Source: a virus
Virus record (IMG/VR): IMGVR_UViG_3300005549_000002
Span: 1-64,000 of that record
DNA length: 64,000 nt
Strand: one strand, 5' to 3'
Shown here piece by piece: positions 19,875 through 30,500 of the stretch; position 1 is the stretch's first letter, and each line of letters begins with the position of its first letter. A program made the translations under genes and the position numbers. Under the pieces are notes generated by a model. The model had not been told where the DNA came from, did not search any database, and saw only the letters and a list, made by a program, of their open reading frames with translations.

Positions 19875-20542
19875 GCGATGCCGTCGTCGTCGTCCTCGGA
19901 GCCTCGCACGTCACGGCCGAAGGAGTGCCGCTCATCCAGGCGGTCAACCCTATCGGCAATAGCAACGACGACGTCGAGCCGTTCGGCGAAGTCGCCTCCT
20001 ACCAGGTGCTCGGCGTCACGTCGCTCCCGTGGCCGACGACCAAGGAGGGGCACGCCGAGGGGCTCGTCATCGTCAACGTGGGCGGGCATGACGCCGTCCT
20101 CGTCGGCGCGCGCGATCTTCGCACGGCGAAAATCGTCGGCAAGATGGGGCCCGGTGACACCGTCCTGCACAGCACGGGGCCCGAGCAGGCCGCGCAGGTG
20201 CAGCTCAAGGAAAAAAAGCGGCAGGTCGTGCTCGCCACGAAGGACTCGTCGGGCGAGACCATGATGGTCATCCTCGACGGCAAGAACGACGCCGTCCAGA
20301 TCGTCGGTGCGGGGCATGCGTTCAAGATGTCGCGCAAGGACGGCATCTCGCTCGTCGACAGCTCCGGCAAAGCCGGCATCCAGATCAAGGACGGCGTGGT
20401 CAGCATCTTCGGCGCCCTCGTGTTCGGGGGCCGCACCCCCGATCCCGCGTTCAAGTTCATGCTCGGCCCGGCGACGGGTTCCCCCGGCGCGGCTGCTTCG
20501 ACGCCGATGATCGCAGCGCCCGGGATCTCGCTCGGGCGATGA
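19871..20542 (+). CDS. Baseplate central spike (Mu gp45-like)
   Basis: ATGA overlap; LGVTSLP, GPGDTVLHS and beta-repeat C-terminus. Confidence 0.65.
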   Translation: MSDAVVVVLGASHVTAEGVPLIQAVNPIGNSNDDVEPFGEVASYQVLGVTSLPWPTTKEGHAEGLVIVNVGGHDAVLVGARDLRTAKIVGKMGPGDTVLHSTGPEQAAQVQLKEKKRQVVLATKDSSGETMMVILDGKNDAVQIVGAGHAFKMSRKDGISLVDSSGKAGIQIKDGVVSIFGALVFGGRTPDPAFKFMLGPATGSPGAAASTPMIAAPGISLGR

Positions 20543-20856
20543 GCTGCAACTTCAAGCTGCCGACCGTCGCGCTGCCGCTGCCGTCGCTCGCGCTCCCGAA
20601 AATACCGGCGCTCCCGTCCTTCGACCTGCCCGACGTCGACTTCCCGATCAACTTGAAGCTGCCGAAGATCGCGCTGCCGCTGCCGTCGCTGTCCTTGCCG
20701 AAAATACCGGCGCTGCCCTCCTTCGCGCTGCCCGATCTCGGCGAGCTCGGCATCAAGCTGCCGAAACTCCCGACGGTCGCGCTGCCCATCCCCTCGTTCG
20801 GCCTGCCGAAGATCCCGAGCCTTCCGACCTTCAAGCTCGAGTGCCCGTTTGACTAG
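20539..20856 (+). CDS. Leu/Pro-rich three-repeat protein
   Basis: Three copies of (K)LP.(V/I)ALP(L/I)PS..LPKIP.LP(S/T)F.L; ATGA overlap; Cys near each end. Confidence 0.65.
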   Translation: MSCNFKLPTVALPLPSLALPKIPALPSFDLPDVDFPINLKLPKIALPLPSLSLPKIPALPSFALPDLGELGIKLPKLPTVALPIPSFGLPKIPSLPTFKLECPFD

Positions 20857-21665
20857 GGCGTCACCGTCCACGTGCAGGGCGGGGGCAAGCACCCGACGCG
20901 GCCGAGCGCGTCGTTCGCCGTCACGCTGATCTCGTTGACGCCAAGCGTGAAAATGATTGGGTCGGTTCCGCCCGCCCCGTGAAACGCGATCTCGTGGCCG
21001 GTCGTCGCCGTGCTCGGCACGCCCATGTAGGTTCTTACCATCGCGCCGTTCTTCACGGTCATCACGCCGTCGACGAAGCGGTCCTGAAAGGGACTCGCGA
21101 TGGGGCTCCGAAGTCGGATCTCGCTGAATTGGTAGCTACCGCCCGGCGCGCTCGTCGTCGCGCCGCAGAGAGGGTGGGGGTACGTCGAGATGGGCACCCC
21201 CTCGAGCTCGAACGCGCCGCAAGGCGGCGGGCCCGTGTCGATCGCCCCGTCGACGGCGCCGTCGACGCCCGCATCGGGAGCTCGGTCCGGTTGGCTGTCG
21301 GGCGCCCCGCCCTCGCTGTCGCCGCTGTCGGGCGCGCGGTCGAATCCGCCCACATCTGTCCCCGCTTCGGGCCCTCCTTCCGCGCCGCTGTCGATGGCGT
21401 CCAGGCCGCCCTCGCCGCCCTCAGGCGACCTCGCGTCCGGCATGGCGCCCGCTTCCACCCCAGCCTCTTGGGCGGCCTCGCTGCCGGCGTCGAGCGAAGC
21501 GTTGCCCCCTTCTGCGGCGCTCGCGCCCGCGGCCCCCCCGCCGCTGTCGGGCGCTCCGTCCGGCGGCTCGGGCGGCGGCGCCGTAAACCCCGTCCCCTCG
21601 CTGCCAAAGCACGCTGCCCCCGCGGCGGCGAGGAGCACGAGGCCCACCCAATTCATCGTTTTCAT
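20853..21665 (-). CDS. Lipoprotein on the opposite strand (moron-like)
   Basis: MKTMNWVGLVLLAAAGAA-C lipobox; long D/G/A/P linker (PDSG/DAG repeats); alternative starts at 21692 and 21701. Confidence 0.7.
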   Translation of the reverse strand: MKTMNWVGLVLLAAAGAACFGSEGTGFTAPPPEPPDGAPDSGGGAAGASAAEGGNASLDAGSEAAQEAGVEAGAMPDARSPEGGEGGLDAIDSGAEGGPEAGTDVGGFDRAPDSGDSEGGAPDSQPDRAPDAGVDGAVDGAIDTGPPPCGAFELEGVPISTYPHPLCGATTSAPGGSYQFSEIRLRSPIASPFQDRFVDGVMTVKNGAMVRTYMGVPSTATTGHEIAFHGAGGTDPIIFTLGVNEISVTANDALGRVGCLPPPCTWTVTP

Positions 21666-21800
21666 TCGGAGCGTCCCTATCGCTGTGTTCATGAGCGTCA
21701 TGCTAGCAGAGCGCTAGCGCAGCGCTAGCAGACGCCCCAATTCCCACACCCGCTCGTACGGCCCTTCTCGCGGGGGGCCGGAGAGGACCGCCCGTTCAGC

Positions 21801-22241
21801 ATGCCCGGTTTTGGCGTCTATCCCTCCTGCGTCTCGCCCTACGGGCTCGGCACCCCCACGCCGGCCGCCGAACCGGCGAGCGGTCCCGCCGGATCGCGGT
21901 ACATCAACCCCGCGACGGGCGACTACGAGCAGGACCCGACGACCCGGCAGCTCGCGCAGATGCCGACGACGCGCCAGCGCGTGCTGCTCGCGGTCAAGAC
22001 GCTGCAGAGCTCCATCTCCGTCAAGCGCACCTTCGGCATCAAGCTGCCGCGCAAGATGGGCACCCTCTTCGATTCCGAGATGAAGCAAGCGGTTCGCTCC
22101 GCGCTTCACCACCTCACCGACGACGAGGCGGTCATCCGCATCGACGGCATCACCGTCGTGCGCGGCCGCGCGGGGCGTTCGGAGACGACGATCGAATGGT
22201 TCGATCTCGAAACCGGCAAGTCCGATTCGCTGAGCTTCTAA
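21801..22241 (+). CDS. Baseplate wedge/sheath initiator (gp25/Mu gp46-like)
   Basis: 146 aa just before baseplate J; INPATGDY, RQRVLLAV, FGIKL. Confidence 0.6.
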   Translation: MPGFGVYPSCVSPYGLGTPTPAAEPASGPAGSRYINPATGDYEQDPTTRQLAQMPTTRQRVLLAVKTLQSSISVKRTFGIKLPRKMGTLFDSEMKQAVRSALHHLTDDEAVIRIDGITVVRGRAGRSETTIEWFDLETGKSDSLSF

Positions 22242-22245
22242 AAAA

Positions 22246-23754
22246 ATGGCCGATCTCTACCAGCCCGCAAACGCCGACGAGCTCAAGGGGCAGTTCCTGC
22301 GCGACGTGCGCCTCGGCGCGATCGACGCCGGGCTCGCGGAGCCGCCGACCACCCCCGGAACCGACTGGGATCTGCTCGCGACCGCCGTCGCCAACATGGG
22401 CCTACTCGGCTTCGCCAACGTCAACGCGATCGAGGACGACGCCAATATCTTGAACGCGACGGGGCAGGCGCTCGAGGACGCGCGCAAGGCGGAGGGGCTG
22501 CCCGAGGTGCCGCCGGCGGGCGCGACCGGCAAGCTCGTCATTTCGGTCGAGGGCGTGACCACGATCGTCAACGGGCTCGAGTTCACCTACCCGAGCGGGC
22601 TTCGCGGGCGCGTGACGAGCGGCTACGTGAACCCCGCCGACCAGTCGGAGGTCAACGTCGCCGCGATCGACACCGGGCTCAATTCGAACCTGCGCGCGGG
22701 CGAGATCGTCCGGTTCAAAAACCCGCCCGTGAACCTGTCCGTCGAGGCGAAGGTCTCCACGGGCGAGCCGCTCACGGGCGGGACCGAAGAGGAGAGCGAC
22801 GACCGCAAGCGCGATCGCATCCTCAACGTCCGGCGCAACAAACCCGCGGGCGGCAACTGGGCGCACATCCGCCAGATCGTCCTCGATGCGCTCGGCTCGG
22901 TGCAGGACGTGTACGTCTACCCGGCGCTTGGCGGGCCGGGCTCGGTCAAGGTCGTGCCCGTCAAGGACTTCGATCTCACGCAGGATGATTTCTCGCGCGC
23001 GCTCTCGAGCACGGCGCTCGATGTCGTCCGGCTCGCGATCCAATCGAACCTGCCGACGCCGCAGGAGGTTGTCGTCAACGCCGTCGTGAACCAGGTGGCG
23101 GACTTCACCATCAAGCTCACCATTCCCGACAGCACGCTCGCTGGCGGCAACGGTCGGGGCTGGTCCGATCCGGCGCCGTGGCCGCGGCTCGTCGGCGCGG
23201 AAACCTCGACGCCGATCACGGCCATCAACGCGACCTACGACGTGATCACCGTCGACGCCGACACGACCGTGGCGCCCATCCCCGGCCTTACGCACGTCGC
23301 CTGGTGGTCGCAGGTCGATCGCAAGTTTTACCAGGCCCTCGTGCTCGCCCAAGCGGGCGCGGCGGGCGCGTGGCTGCTCACGCTCGACCGGCCCCTCGTC
23401 GGAAAAAACGGGGCGGGCCCCGTCGTCGGCGGCACGGGCGATTTCGTCTGCCCGGCGGCCGAGAGCATCGACCTTTACGGCGCCGCCTGGGTCGACATCT
23501 TTCGCTCGCTCGGGCCGGGCGAGAACACCACCGACGCGGGCCGCCTGCCGCGCGCGAAGCGCCACCCGTACGTGAGCGACGAGGATCCGTCGACGCTCAC
23601 GAACTCCGTCCTGACCAAGCTCGTGCAGAAGTTCCCCGAGATCACCGACATCGAATACGGCCTGAAGTCGCCTGCGGCGCCGACGGTGCCGGCCTCGGTC
23701 GTCACCGCCCCGAACGTCCTCGTCCCCCGGCGCCTCGCGTTCTACCCGATCTGA
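22246..23754 (+). CDS. Baseplate J-like protein
   Basis: ATGQALE, LTGGTEEESDD..RDRI, PAGGN and VYVYPALGGPGSV motifs. Confidence 0.85.
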   Translation: MADLYQPANADELKGQFLRDVRLGAIDAGLAEPPTTPGTDWDLLATAVANMGLLGFANVNAIEDDANILNATGQALEDARKAEGLPEVPPAGATGKLVISVEGVTTIVNGLEFTYPSGLRGRVTSGYVNPADQSEVNVAAIDTGLNSNLRAGEIVRFKNPPVNLSVEAKVSTGEPLTGGTEEESDDRKRDRILNVRRNKPAGGNWAHIRQIVLDALGSVQDVYVYPALGGPGSVKVVPVKDFDLTQDDFSRALSSTALDVVRLAIQSNLPTPQEVVVNAVVNQVADFTIKLTIPDSTLAGGNGRGWSDPAPWPRLVGAETSTPITAINATYDVITVDADTTVAPIPGLTHVAWWSQVDRKFYQALVLAQAGAAGAWLLTLDRPLVGKNGAGPVVGGTGDFVCPAAESIDLYGAAWVDIFRSLGPGENTTDAGRLPRAKRHPYVSDEDPSTLTNSVLTKLVQKFPEITDIEYGLKSPAAPTVPASVVTAPNVLVPRRLAFYPI

Positions 23755-24290
23755 TGGCCATTACACCGAACGGACTGCCGGCTTGGACGCGCACCGCCAG
23801 CCACACCAACTACGGCGGCGACACCAACAAGCGCAACTACCTATCGCGCGGCGTGATCGATGCCCTGACCGACGTCGGCGCCGAGGCGATTTGCCGCATG
23901 GCCGCGGACATGGAAGCGATCGTGCGCGTCGCGCCCTTCGCGACCATCACCTACCTTTGCGTCGACGGCGCGCCGGCCGCGCCGACGATCGAAACCGTTT
24001 TCATGATGACGGGCGTCCGGCTGACGAGCTACGTCGGCGACGCGGCGCCCGCCGGCTACCCGGCGGCCGCGCGCAATGGCAACGGCGACGTCACCTTCAC
24101 GTTCCTCGCGTCGTACACGGATCCGTACGGCGTCGCCGGCACGTACGCCCCGAAGCATGCCACGGCCCAGATCCACAGCGCGACCGCGGGCGAGCCCGTA
24201 GTCATCATCGCGGCCCAGACGGTGCGGGTGCGCGCGTTCAACGGCGGCGCGGCGCTCGCGAGCCCGCGCGTCACCCTCGTGGTGTGGTGA
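23754..24290 (+). CDS. Putative baseplate/tail structural protein
   Basis: TGATG overlap, MAITPNGLP; similar in size and character to the next gene (VTF...TDPY). Confidence 0.55.
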   Translation: MAITPNGLPAWTRTASHTNYGGDTNKRNYLSRGVIDALTDVGAEAICRMAADMEAIVRVAPFATITYLCVDGAPAAPTIETVFMMTGVRLTSYVGDAAPAGYPAAARNGNGDVTFTFLASYTDPYGVAGTYAPKHATAQIHSATAGEPVVIIAAQTVRVRAFNGGAALASPRVTLVVW

Positions 24291-24291
24291 G

Positions 24292-24738
24292 ATGCCGCTC
24301 GGCGCCTTCGCACCCTTGCCGCTACGCCTCGGGGGCGACGCGCTCGAGGGCTTCGACGCCCGCTCGCACGCGCGCCTTTGCGCGGATCTGGTCGCCGCCA
24401 AGCTCGGCGCGTTCCTCGCGGTCTTCTCCTACACCAAGGTCGGCGCGACGGTTGTGATCCGCGACTACTACGGCCAGAACGGCGCCGGCAGCGCCTACGC
24501 GCCCGACAGCGTGACGGTCGTCGGCACGGGCGAAGTCACCTTCAAGTGGTCGGCGCGGCAGTTCACCGATCCGTACCTCATCGAGCGCCCCATCAACGCG
24601 AAGGCGGGCCGGGCGACCGCCCACAATACGGCGTCCGTTCGCTGCGAGGTCACGGTCATCGCCAACGGCGTGACGGTCAAGACGTTCGATGCCGCCGGCG
24701 CGGCCGTCGACTCGGGCGCCACCGTGGTGCTCGCGTAA
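24292..24738 (+). CDS. Putative baseplate/tail structural protein
   Basis: Shares ADL/ADM, GxGxVTF and TDPY with the previous gene; possible paralogue. Confidence 0.55.
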   Translation: MPLGAFAPLPLRLGGDALEGFDARSHARLCADLVAAKLGAFLAVFSYTKVGATVVIRDYYGQNGAGSAYAPDSVTVVGTGEVTFKWSARQFTDPYLIERPINAKAGRATAHNTASVRCEVTVIANGVTVKTFDAAGAAVDSGATVVLA

Positions 24739-25514
24739 TGGCTGTCATCGTTATCACGGCGGTGCCGACGGGCGAGCCGGCCTGGACGCGCCGGGCCGCT
24801 ATTGGCGACTACGACGGCGCGCTCGACAAGGAAGACTCGACGACCGAGGCGCTGATCCCGTACGCGGGGCAGTGGTACCGCGAGCTCCACGCGATGCGCG
24901 GCTCGGCGTACACCCAGAAACCGCACACGCTGGTCGACGCCGAGAACGTTGCGATCGCGCGGTTCATGTCCGGCGTTTTCAGCCGCACGCCCGAGAAAGC
25001 GCGCGCCAATGCGACGCCGCTCCGCTGCGATGAGAAACTCGAGTACTGGGTCGAGGTCATGCGGCTGCCGTACCGCACCGGCGAGCAGCGCTGGCAGATG
25101 CGCGATCGCGCGCGCGCGCACTACCGGGCCGCCAACGGCCCGACGATCCAGAACGTGATCGACGCGCTCGACGCGCTGCTCGGCGACGCGCTGGTCGGCG
25201 TGACGCACCCCGAGGGGGTCGATCTGGCGACGCCGCCGACGCACACGTTCTGGCCCATCATCAATCCCGGCGCGGCGTCGTTCAGCCTCGGCAAGGGCGC
25301 GTGGCTCTCCGAACGGTGCACGCTCGCCATCGAGACCGACATCCCCGTAGGCATGAGCGACGGCGATTTTTTGCACCTCATGAACGTCGAGATGTTCAGC
25401 CTCCTCGACACCATGCTGCCGGCGTGGGCTTCGTTCAACTGGGCAACGACCAGCGGTCCAGGCTCCGGATTCTTCCTCGATGTCTCACGGCTCGACTTCG
25501 AAGGTCTCACATGA
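24738..25514 (+). CDS. Putative baseplate wedge protein (Mu gp48/gpI-like)
   Basis: TAATG overlap; EKLEYWVEVMRL, LDTMLPAWASF, GFFLDVSRLD. Confidence 0.6.
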   Translation: MAVIVITAVPTGEPAWTRRAAIGDYDGALDKEDSTTEALIPYAGQWYRELHAMRGSAYTQKPHTLVDAENVAIARFMSGVFSRTPEKARANATPLRCDEKLEYWVEVMRLPYRTGEQRWQMRDRARAHYRAANGPTIQNVIDALDALLGDALVGVTHPEGVDLATPPTHTFWPIINPGAASFSLGKGAWLSERCTLAIETDIPVGMSDGDFLHLMNVEMFSLLDTMLPAWASFNWATTSGPGSGFFLDVSRLDFEGLT

Positions 25515-25801
25515 TCCTCACCGACCACTACCCGTCCACCAAAGGGCTCAGCGTCTACAACGCGCTCTCCTTGGCAGGCCGCGACCTCACCCCCGATGAG
25601 ATCGGGGACTACCTCCGAGCGACGTTCGACGAGCGGGTCGACGCCGCCTACGTCGCCGTGGGCATCGACTACCTGGTCAAGCGGGGCTTCGCCGAGCGCG
25701 CGCACGGCCTCGTGGTGATTCCACGCTACGGCGCCGACCGCCATGGCCGCGCGCTCGTGCGCGCCAGAGAAGACATCGATCTCGTCTACGGGAGAGCGTA
25801 A
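25511..25801 (+). CDS. Hypothetical protein, possibly winged helix
   Basis: ATGA overlap; LTPDEIGDYL...IDYLVKRGF. Confidence 0.5.
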   Translation: MILTDHYPSTKGLSVYNALSLAGRDLTPDEIGDYLRATFDERVDAAYVAVGIDYLVKRGFAERAHGLVVIPRYGADRHGRALVRAREDIDLVYGRA

Positions 25802-25807
25802 AAATCC

Positions 25808-26416
25808 ATGACGTATTCCAGGGTAAAGCCGGCCGGCTGGGCGTTCGGCGAGAAGCTGAGCAGCGCCGAAATGAATACGCTCGACACCGATCACGCCGAC
25901 GCGATCGACGCGACGACGCGAACGCTGGGAGCGTTGCCCCTCAACGTGTCGCGCCGCGGGCAATGGCTGCCCACCGCCGATCTGGCCGCCAACTGGGACA
26001 CGCTCAACCTGCAACTCGGCTACGCCGCGTGCACGACCGTCAATGCCAACAGGGTTTTCTGGCCGTTCAGGCTTCCGCACAACGCGACGCTTAACGGCAT
26101 TGTGGTCGTCATCGAACCCGCCGGCGGCCACGCGGCGCTGCCGATCCAGATGCCGGGGTTCGAGCTCATCTCGCTCGACCACTTTGGCGCCGTGACCACG
26201 GAGATCCCATTTGTCGTCGACACGAGCGCGAACGTCGCCGCCTACCAGACGGTTCACGGAATAGCGACGCCACTCGCGCTCACGATCGTCATGTACAACA
26301 CGAGCAAGCACTACACCCTGTGCTTCTCATCGGAGGGCAGCACGAACGCGATCGCCGGGTTGAAGGTCTTTCACTATTACTACGGCTACACGATGACCGT
26401 CCTCGACGCCGACTGA
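25808..26416 (+). CDS. Putative tail protein
   Basis: N-terminal GWAFGEKLSSAEMN typical of fibre attachment segments. Confidence 0.55.
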   Translation: MTYSRVKPAGWAFGEKLSSAEMNTLDTDHADAIDATTRTLGALPLNVSRRGQWLPTADLAANWDTLNLQLGYAACTTVNANRVFWPFRLPHNATLNGIVVVIEPAGGHAALPIQMPGFELISLDHFGAVTTEIPFVVDTSANVAAYQTVHGIATPLALTIVMYNTSKHYTLCFSSEGSTNAIAGLKVFHYYYGYTMTVLDAD

Positions 26417-27550
26417 ATGACCACAGTCGCGACGCTGCCCACCTACGCCATGCCGAACGCGGAGGCGCAGGTGATCTTTACCCGCACCGAGTCCGGCTCG
26501 AACTACTGCCGGGTGTGGGTCACGGCCGCGCCCGATGGATCCGAGCTCGACGGCAAGCTCGAGAAAAGTACGCAGAGCCGCTTCCTCGTCTACCAGGGCG
26601 ACGGCGGCGCAACGCAGCCCTGGCGCTTCACCGCGGACAAGGGGGGCGTCTACACCTTCAAGGCGCAGGAATACATGCGCGGCTCGGGCTACGGCGGCGG
26701 CTACCAGGGCGATCCCGCCGGGGCGCCGAGCGAGACCAAGGTCGGCGCCGAGGCGACGCTCGCGCTCGCCATCGGCAAAAAGGCGACGCAAAAGGTCGGC
26801 GTCTCGCCCGACACGGCCACGCTCGTCGTTTGGGTCTGGGACACGACCATCCGGGCGACGCTCCTCGGCGTGCACGGCGAGGCGAGCCCGCGGCTCGAGG
26901 CGCAGTCGCCGACGGCCCGAACGCTCAGCGCGATGGCGACGCCCGCCGTCCTCACCGCGGTCGCGGCCCTCGCCGACACGACGCAAGCGACGGCGCTCGG
27001 AAGCTTGGCGCTCATCGTCTCGGAGATGGGCACGGACATCAATGCCCATAACGCCCTCGGCGCGACGGCGCACAACGCGGCCGATGCCGACAACGCCATC
27101 CCGGTCGAGCTGCGCTCCTCGCCGTCGCCGCAAACGCTCGCGGAGTTCGTCAACGATGCGCTGCTCAAGATGCGGCGCCACCGCCTGAACGACCACGGGG
27201 GCAAGCCCGCCATCCCCGAGAACCCGGGCACGGGCTCGGCCGCCTACCACCAGATCGGGGGCGTGCGGCAGGCCGATCTCTTGAACATGCCGCTCTACCA
27301 GGGCGTCGCGAGCCTCGACGAGGCCTACGGCGCGCTCGCCGACATCTGGCGCGCGCACGAGGGGCACCGTGTGAGTACGGCCGTGCACGGGACGGCCGAC
27401 ACGACGACCGGGCTCGCGGCGCTCCCGAAAGTGCTCGAGGTGCACCGCCAATACTTGACGGTGCTCGCCAGCCTTTCACCTGCGGTACCGCCGGCACAGG
27501 CGGCGCTCGTCCAGGCCCTCGTTTCGACGGCCGGTTTCGAGGAGGCGTAG
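26417..27550 (+). CDS. Putative virion structural protein
   Basis: 377 aa, coupled to neighbours, in the tail module. Confidence 0.55.
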   Translation: MTTVATLPTYAMPNAEAQVIFTRTESGSNYCRVWVTAAPDGSELDGKLEKSTQSRFLVYQGDGGATQPWRFTADKGGVYTFKAQEYMRGSGYGGGYQGDPAGAPSETKVGAEATLALAIGKKATQKVGVSPDTATLVVWVWDTTIRATLLGVHGEASPRLEAQSPTARTLSAMATPAVLTAVAALADTTQATALGSLALIVSEMGTDINAHNALGATAHNAADADNAIPVELRSSPSPQTLAEFVNDALLKMRRHRLNDHGGKPAIPENPGTGSAAYHQIGGVRQADLLNMPLYQGVASLDEAYGALADIWRAHEGHRVSTAVHGTADTTTGLAALPKVLEVHRQYLTVLASLSPAVPPAQAALVQALVSTAGFEEA

Positions 27551-27557
27551 AAAATCG

Positions 27558-30500
27558 ATGAGTGGGATCCTAGCCAATAGCTCGACCGCCACGATGGTCG
27601 ATGCCGACACGACGCCCGACAATGCGCGGAGCGGCTACGTCACCGCCGACCAGATCACGCTCGGCGTCACGGGCACGCCGGTATCGACCGTGTGGTCGAT
27701 GGCGAAGCCCTCGGCGGAGACCGCGGCTTGCGAGCTGTCGTCGTCGACGGACCCGAACCCGACCTTCACGGCGACGGTCGACGGCTACTTCACCGTCGTT
27801 TGCGTCGTCGACGGGACGACGACCTACGTCCTTCGCATGGCGGTCGCGCGCGTCGGCGTGGTGAGCACGCTCACGGCGGTGCGCATGCTGCCGATCTTGA
27901 ATGCGAGCGTGCCGACGCCGGCGACGGGCCGGACGCTCTTCTCGTCGTCCGATCTCAACGATCTCGCCCAGAAGCTTCCCGACGGGATCACCTATGCGCT
28001 CGCGGGCGGCGCGGGCGGCGGCGGGGGCGGCAGCGGCAGCGGCGCTTACGCCACGATCGCAGCGCTCAAGGCGATCAGCTCGACGCTCCTCGCGACCCTG
28101 GACGACGGCGTCTCGCTTGCGTACGTGACCCCGCTCCGCGCCTGGTTTGTTTGGCAGGCCGCGAGCACGGTCGCCGACGACACGACCGATTTCCTCAGCG
28201 TTGCGGTCACGGTGAACGGCGCCGCGGCGGGGCGCTGGCGCCGGCTCGACTGGGCGCACCCGGCGTGGCGCGAGCAAGCCGCCTGGTTCGTGGATACGGC
28301 GGGCTCGAACGCGAACGACGGGGCAACCGCGCTCACGCCCGTGAAGACGGACGCGGAGATCCAGCGGCGCTGGGGCGCGGGGGTGCGGGCGCGGCTCACG
28401 GTGCCGGTCACGATCACCTACGCGCAGGCTCCCGTCGGGCAGACCAACTACCTTTTCGAGCTCGGCTCGGGCGCTGCGCTCAGCATCGTCGGGACGCCGA
28501 CCATCACCAAGCCCGGCACGATCCTGACGGCAGTGCAGGCGCAGGTGCGGACCGCGGGGGCCGAGCTTGCGTGGGCCATCACGGCGACTGGGCTCGACGC
28601 GACGGATGTCGGCAAGCTCGCCTTCATTACGGCGAGCGGCACCGGCGCCAATGTTGGCGCCTACGCGATGGTGCTGAAGGACGAGACGGGCGGCAAGCTC
28701 CGCGTGTCGCCTTTCGGGACCGTTGACGCGACGACCGCGGCGTTCACCCAGCGCACGCCGCAGGTGGGCGACACGATCGAGATCCGCACGCCGACGACGC
28801 TCAGCGTGGGGTCGATCGATTGCCATGGTGCAGCCGCCGGCGTAACGTCGGCCGGCCTTAACCGGGTGCTGTTCGATTCGGTTACCCTTGATTCTGCCAG
28901 CACGGCCGACGGCGGGATCTATGGTCGCAAGGCGAGCGTCTATTACGCCCGGTCGATACTCAACGGGATCACCTGGATGGGTGAGGGCACCGGGGGGAAA
29001 CCGCCGCACCTGATGCGCGGTGGTGGGATCGGGACGGCGCAGCTGTACGTGCGCAGTGGCGGCGCCAACAGCATTACTTGTCCAGGCTGCCTTGGCACGG
29101 TGTCCGTGGGCGCGAACGGGCACGCCACGATCACGGCCGACACCTATTTCCAGAACAGCGGACTCACGGTTGCGCGGGGAGCCTTCGTCAACTCCCAGGG
29201 ACTGGCGTTCTTCGACAGGAGCACGTCGGACGCCTCGTTGGCAGTGACCCCCGGCGGCTTTTGCCAGCAGAGCGGGGCTGTGCCCGATTGGGGCGCGGCG
29301 AACGCCGGCCACGGGTTGAATGTCCAGTCGGGCTCCAGCTACGTGTACGTGACGAAGCCGACCATCAACAGTGGTCTCGGCGCCGGGCGCGAAGCGAAGG
29401 TCGGCGGTACCGACAAGCTCTACTCAGCAGTTCCGTACATCGAGCCCGCGAACAACGCCGTCTTGGTCCTCAACGACGGCACCGACGGGCCCGCGGCGTA
29501 TTACCAGACCTACGCGACCATCGCGCTCTTGAAGGCGATCACGGCGACGCGGCTCGGTAACCTCCAGGACGGGCAGCGCGTCTACGTCGCGACGCTCCGC
29601 GCGTGGTTTGCCTGGCACGCGGCGAGCGCCGTTGCGGACGACACCGTCGCTTTCCTTTCCGTTGCTGTCACCGCGAACGGGGCAAGCGCGGGCCGGTTCG
29701 TGCGGCTCGGCTGGGCGCACCCGTCGTGGCGGGCGCAGACGGCGTGGTTTGTCAGCACCGCGGGGAGCAACGAGAACGACGGGGCGACGGTGGGCGCCCC
29801 CGTGCTGAGCGACGAGGAGATCGCGCGGCGGTGGGGCGCGGGCATGGTGCTGACGGTGCCGGTCACCGTCACCTATGCCCAGAGCCCGACGACGACGACG
29901 AACCTCGACGTCGGCTACGCGGACGGCGGCTCGCTCTCGCTCGTCGGGACGCCGACGGTGACGAAGGCGGGTACGGTCATCTCGGCAGTGCAGGCGCAGG
30001 TGCGCACGGCCGGATCGGAACTCGGCTGGGCCATCACGGGGACTGGTCTCGGTGCAACCGAGGTCGGCAAGATCGCGGTCATCACGGCGGGCACCGCGAA
30101 CAACATCGGGGCGTACGCCGGCATCCTGAAGGACGAAACCGGCGGCAAGGTCCGCATTTCGCCGTTTGGTAAAGCAACCGCCGACGGTCTCTTTTCTCAA
30201 GTGACGCCGGTCGCGGGCGACACCGTCGAGATCCGCGAGAATACGACCGTTCTGAAGGTCGCTTTCATCAACGTGCAGGGGCTCTCGCAGCTCGCGGCCG
30301 TCGCGAGTCCCGTGCAGAATGTCGTTGTCTTCGACTCCCTTCTCCTCGACGGGAGCGTCGGCGGTAGCCTCAATGGCGGAATCGTTCGCAACGAAGGAGC
30401 TCAGATCTCCTACGTGAGGTGCACGCTGCAAGACCTCATTCTTGCTAGCGCGCCGTCCACATTCTCCAAGCTGCAGTCGGTTTGCGGTGGGCTGATCACC

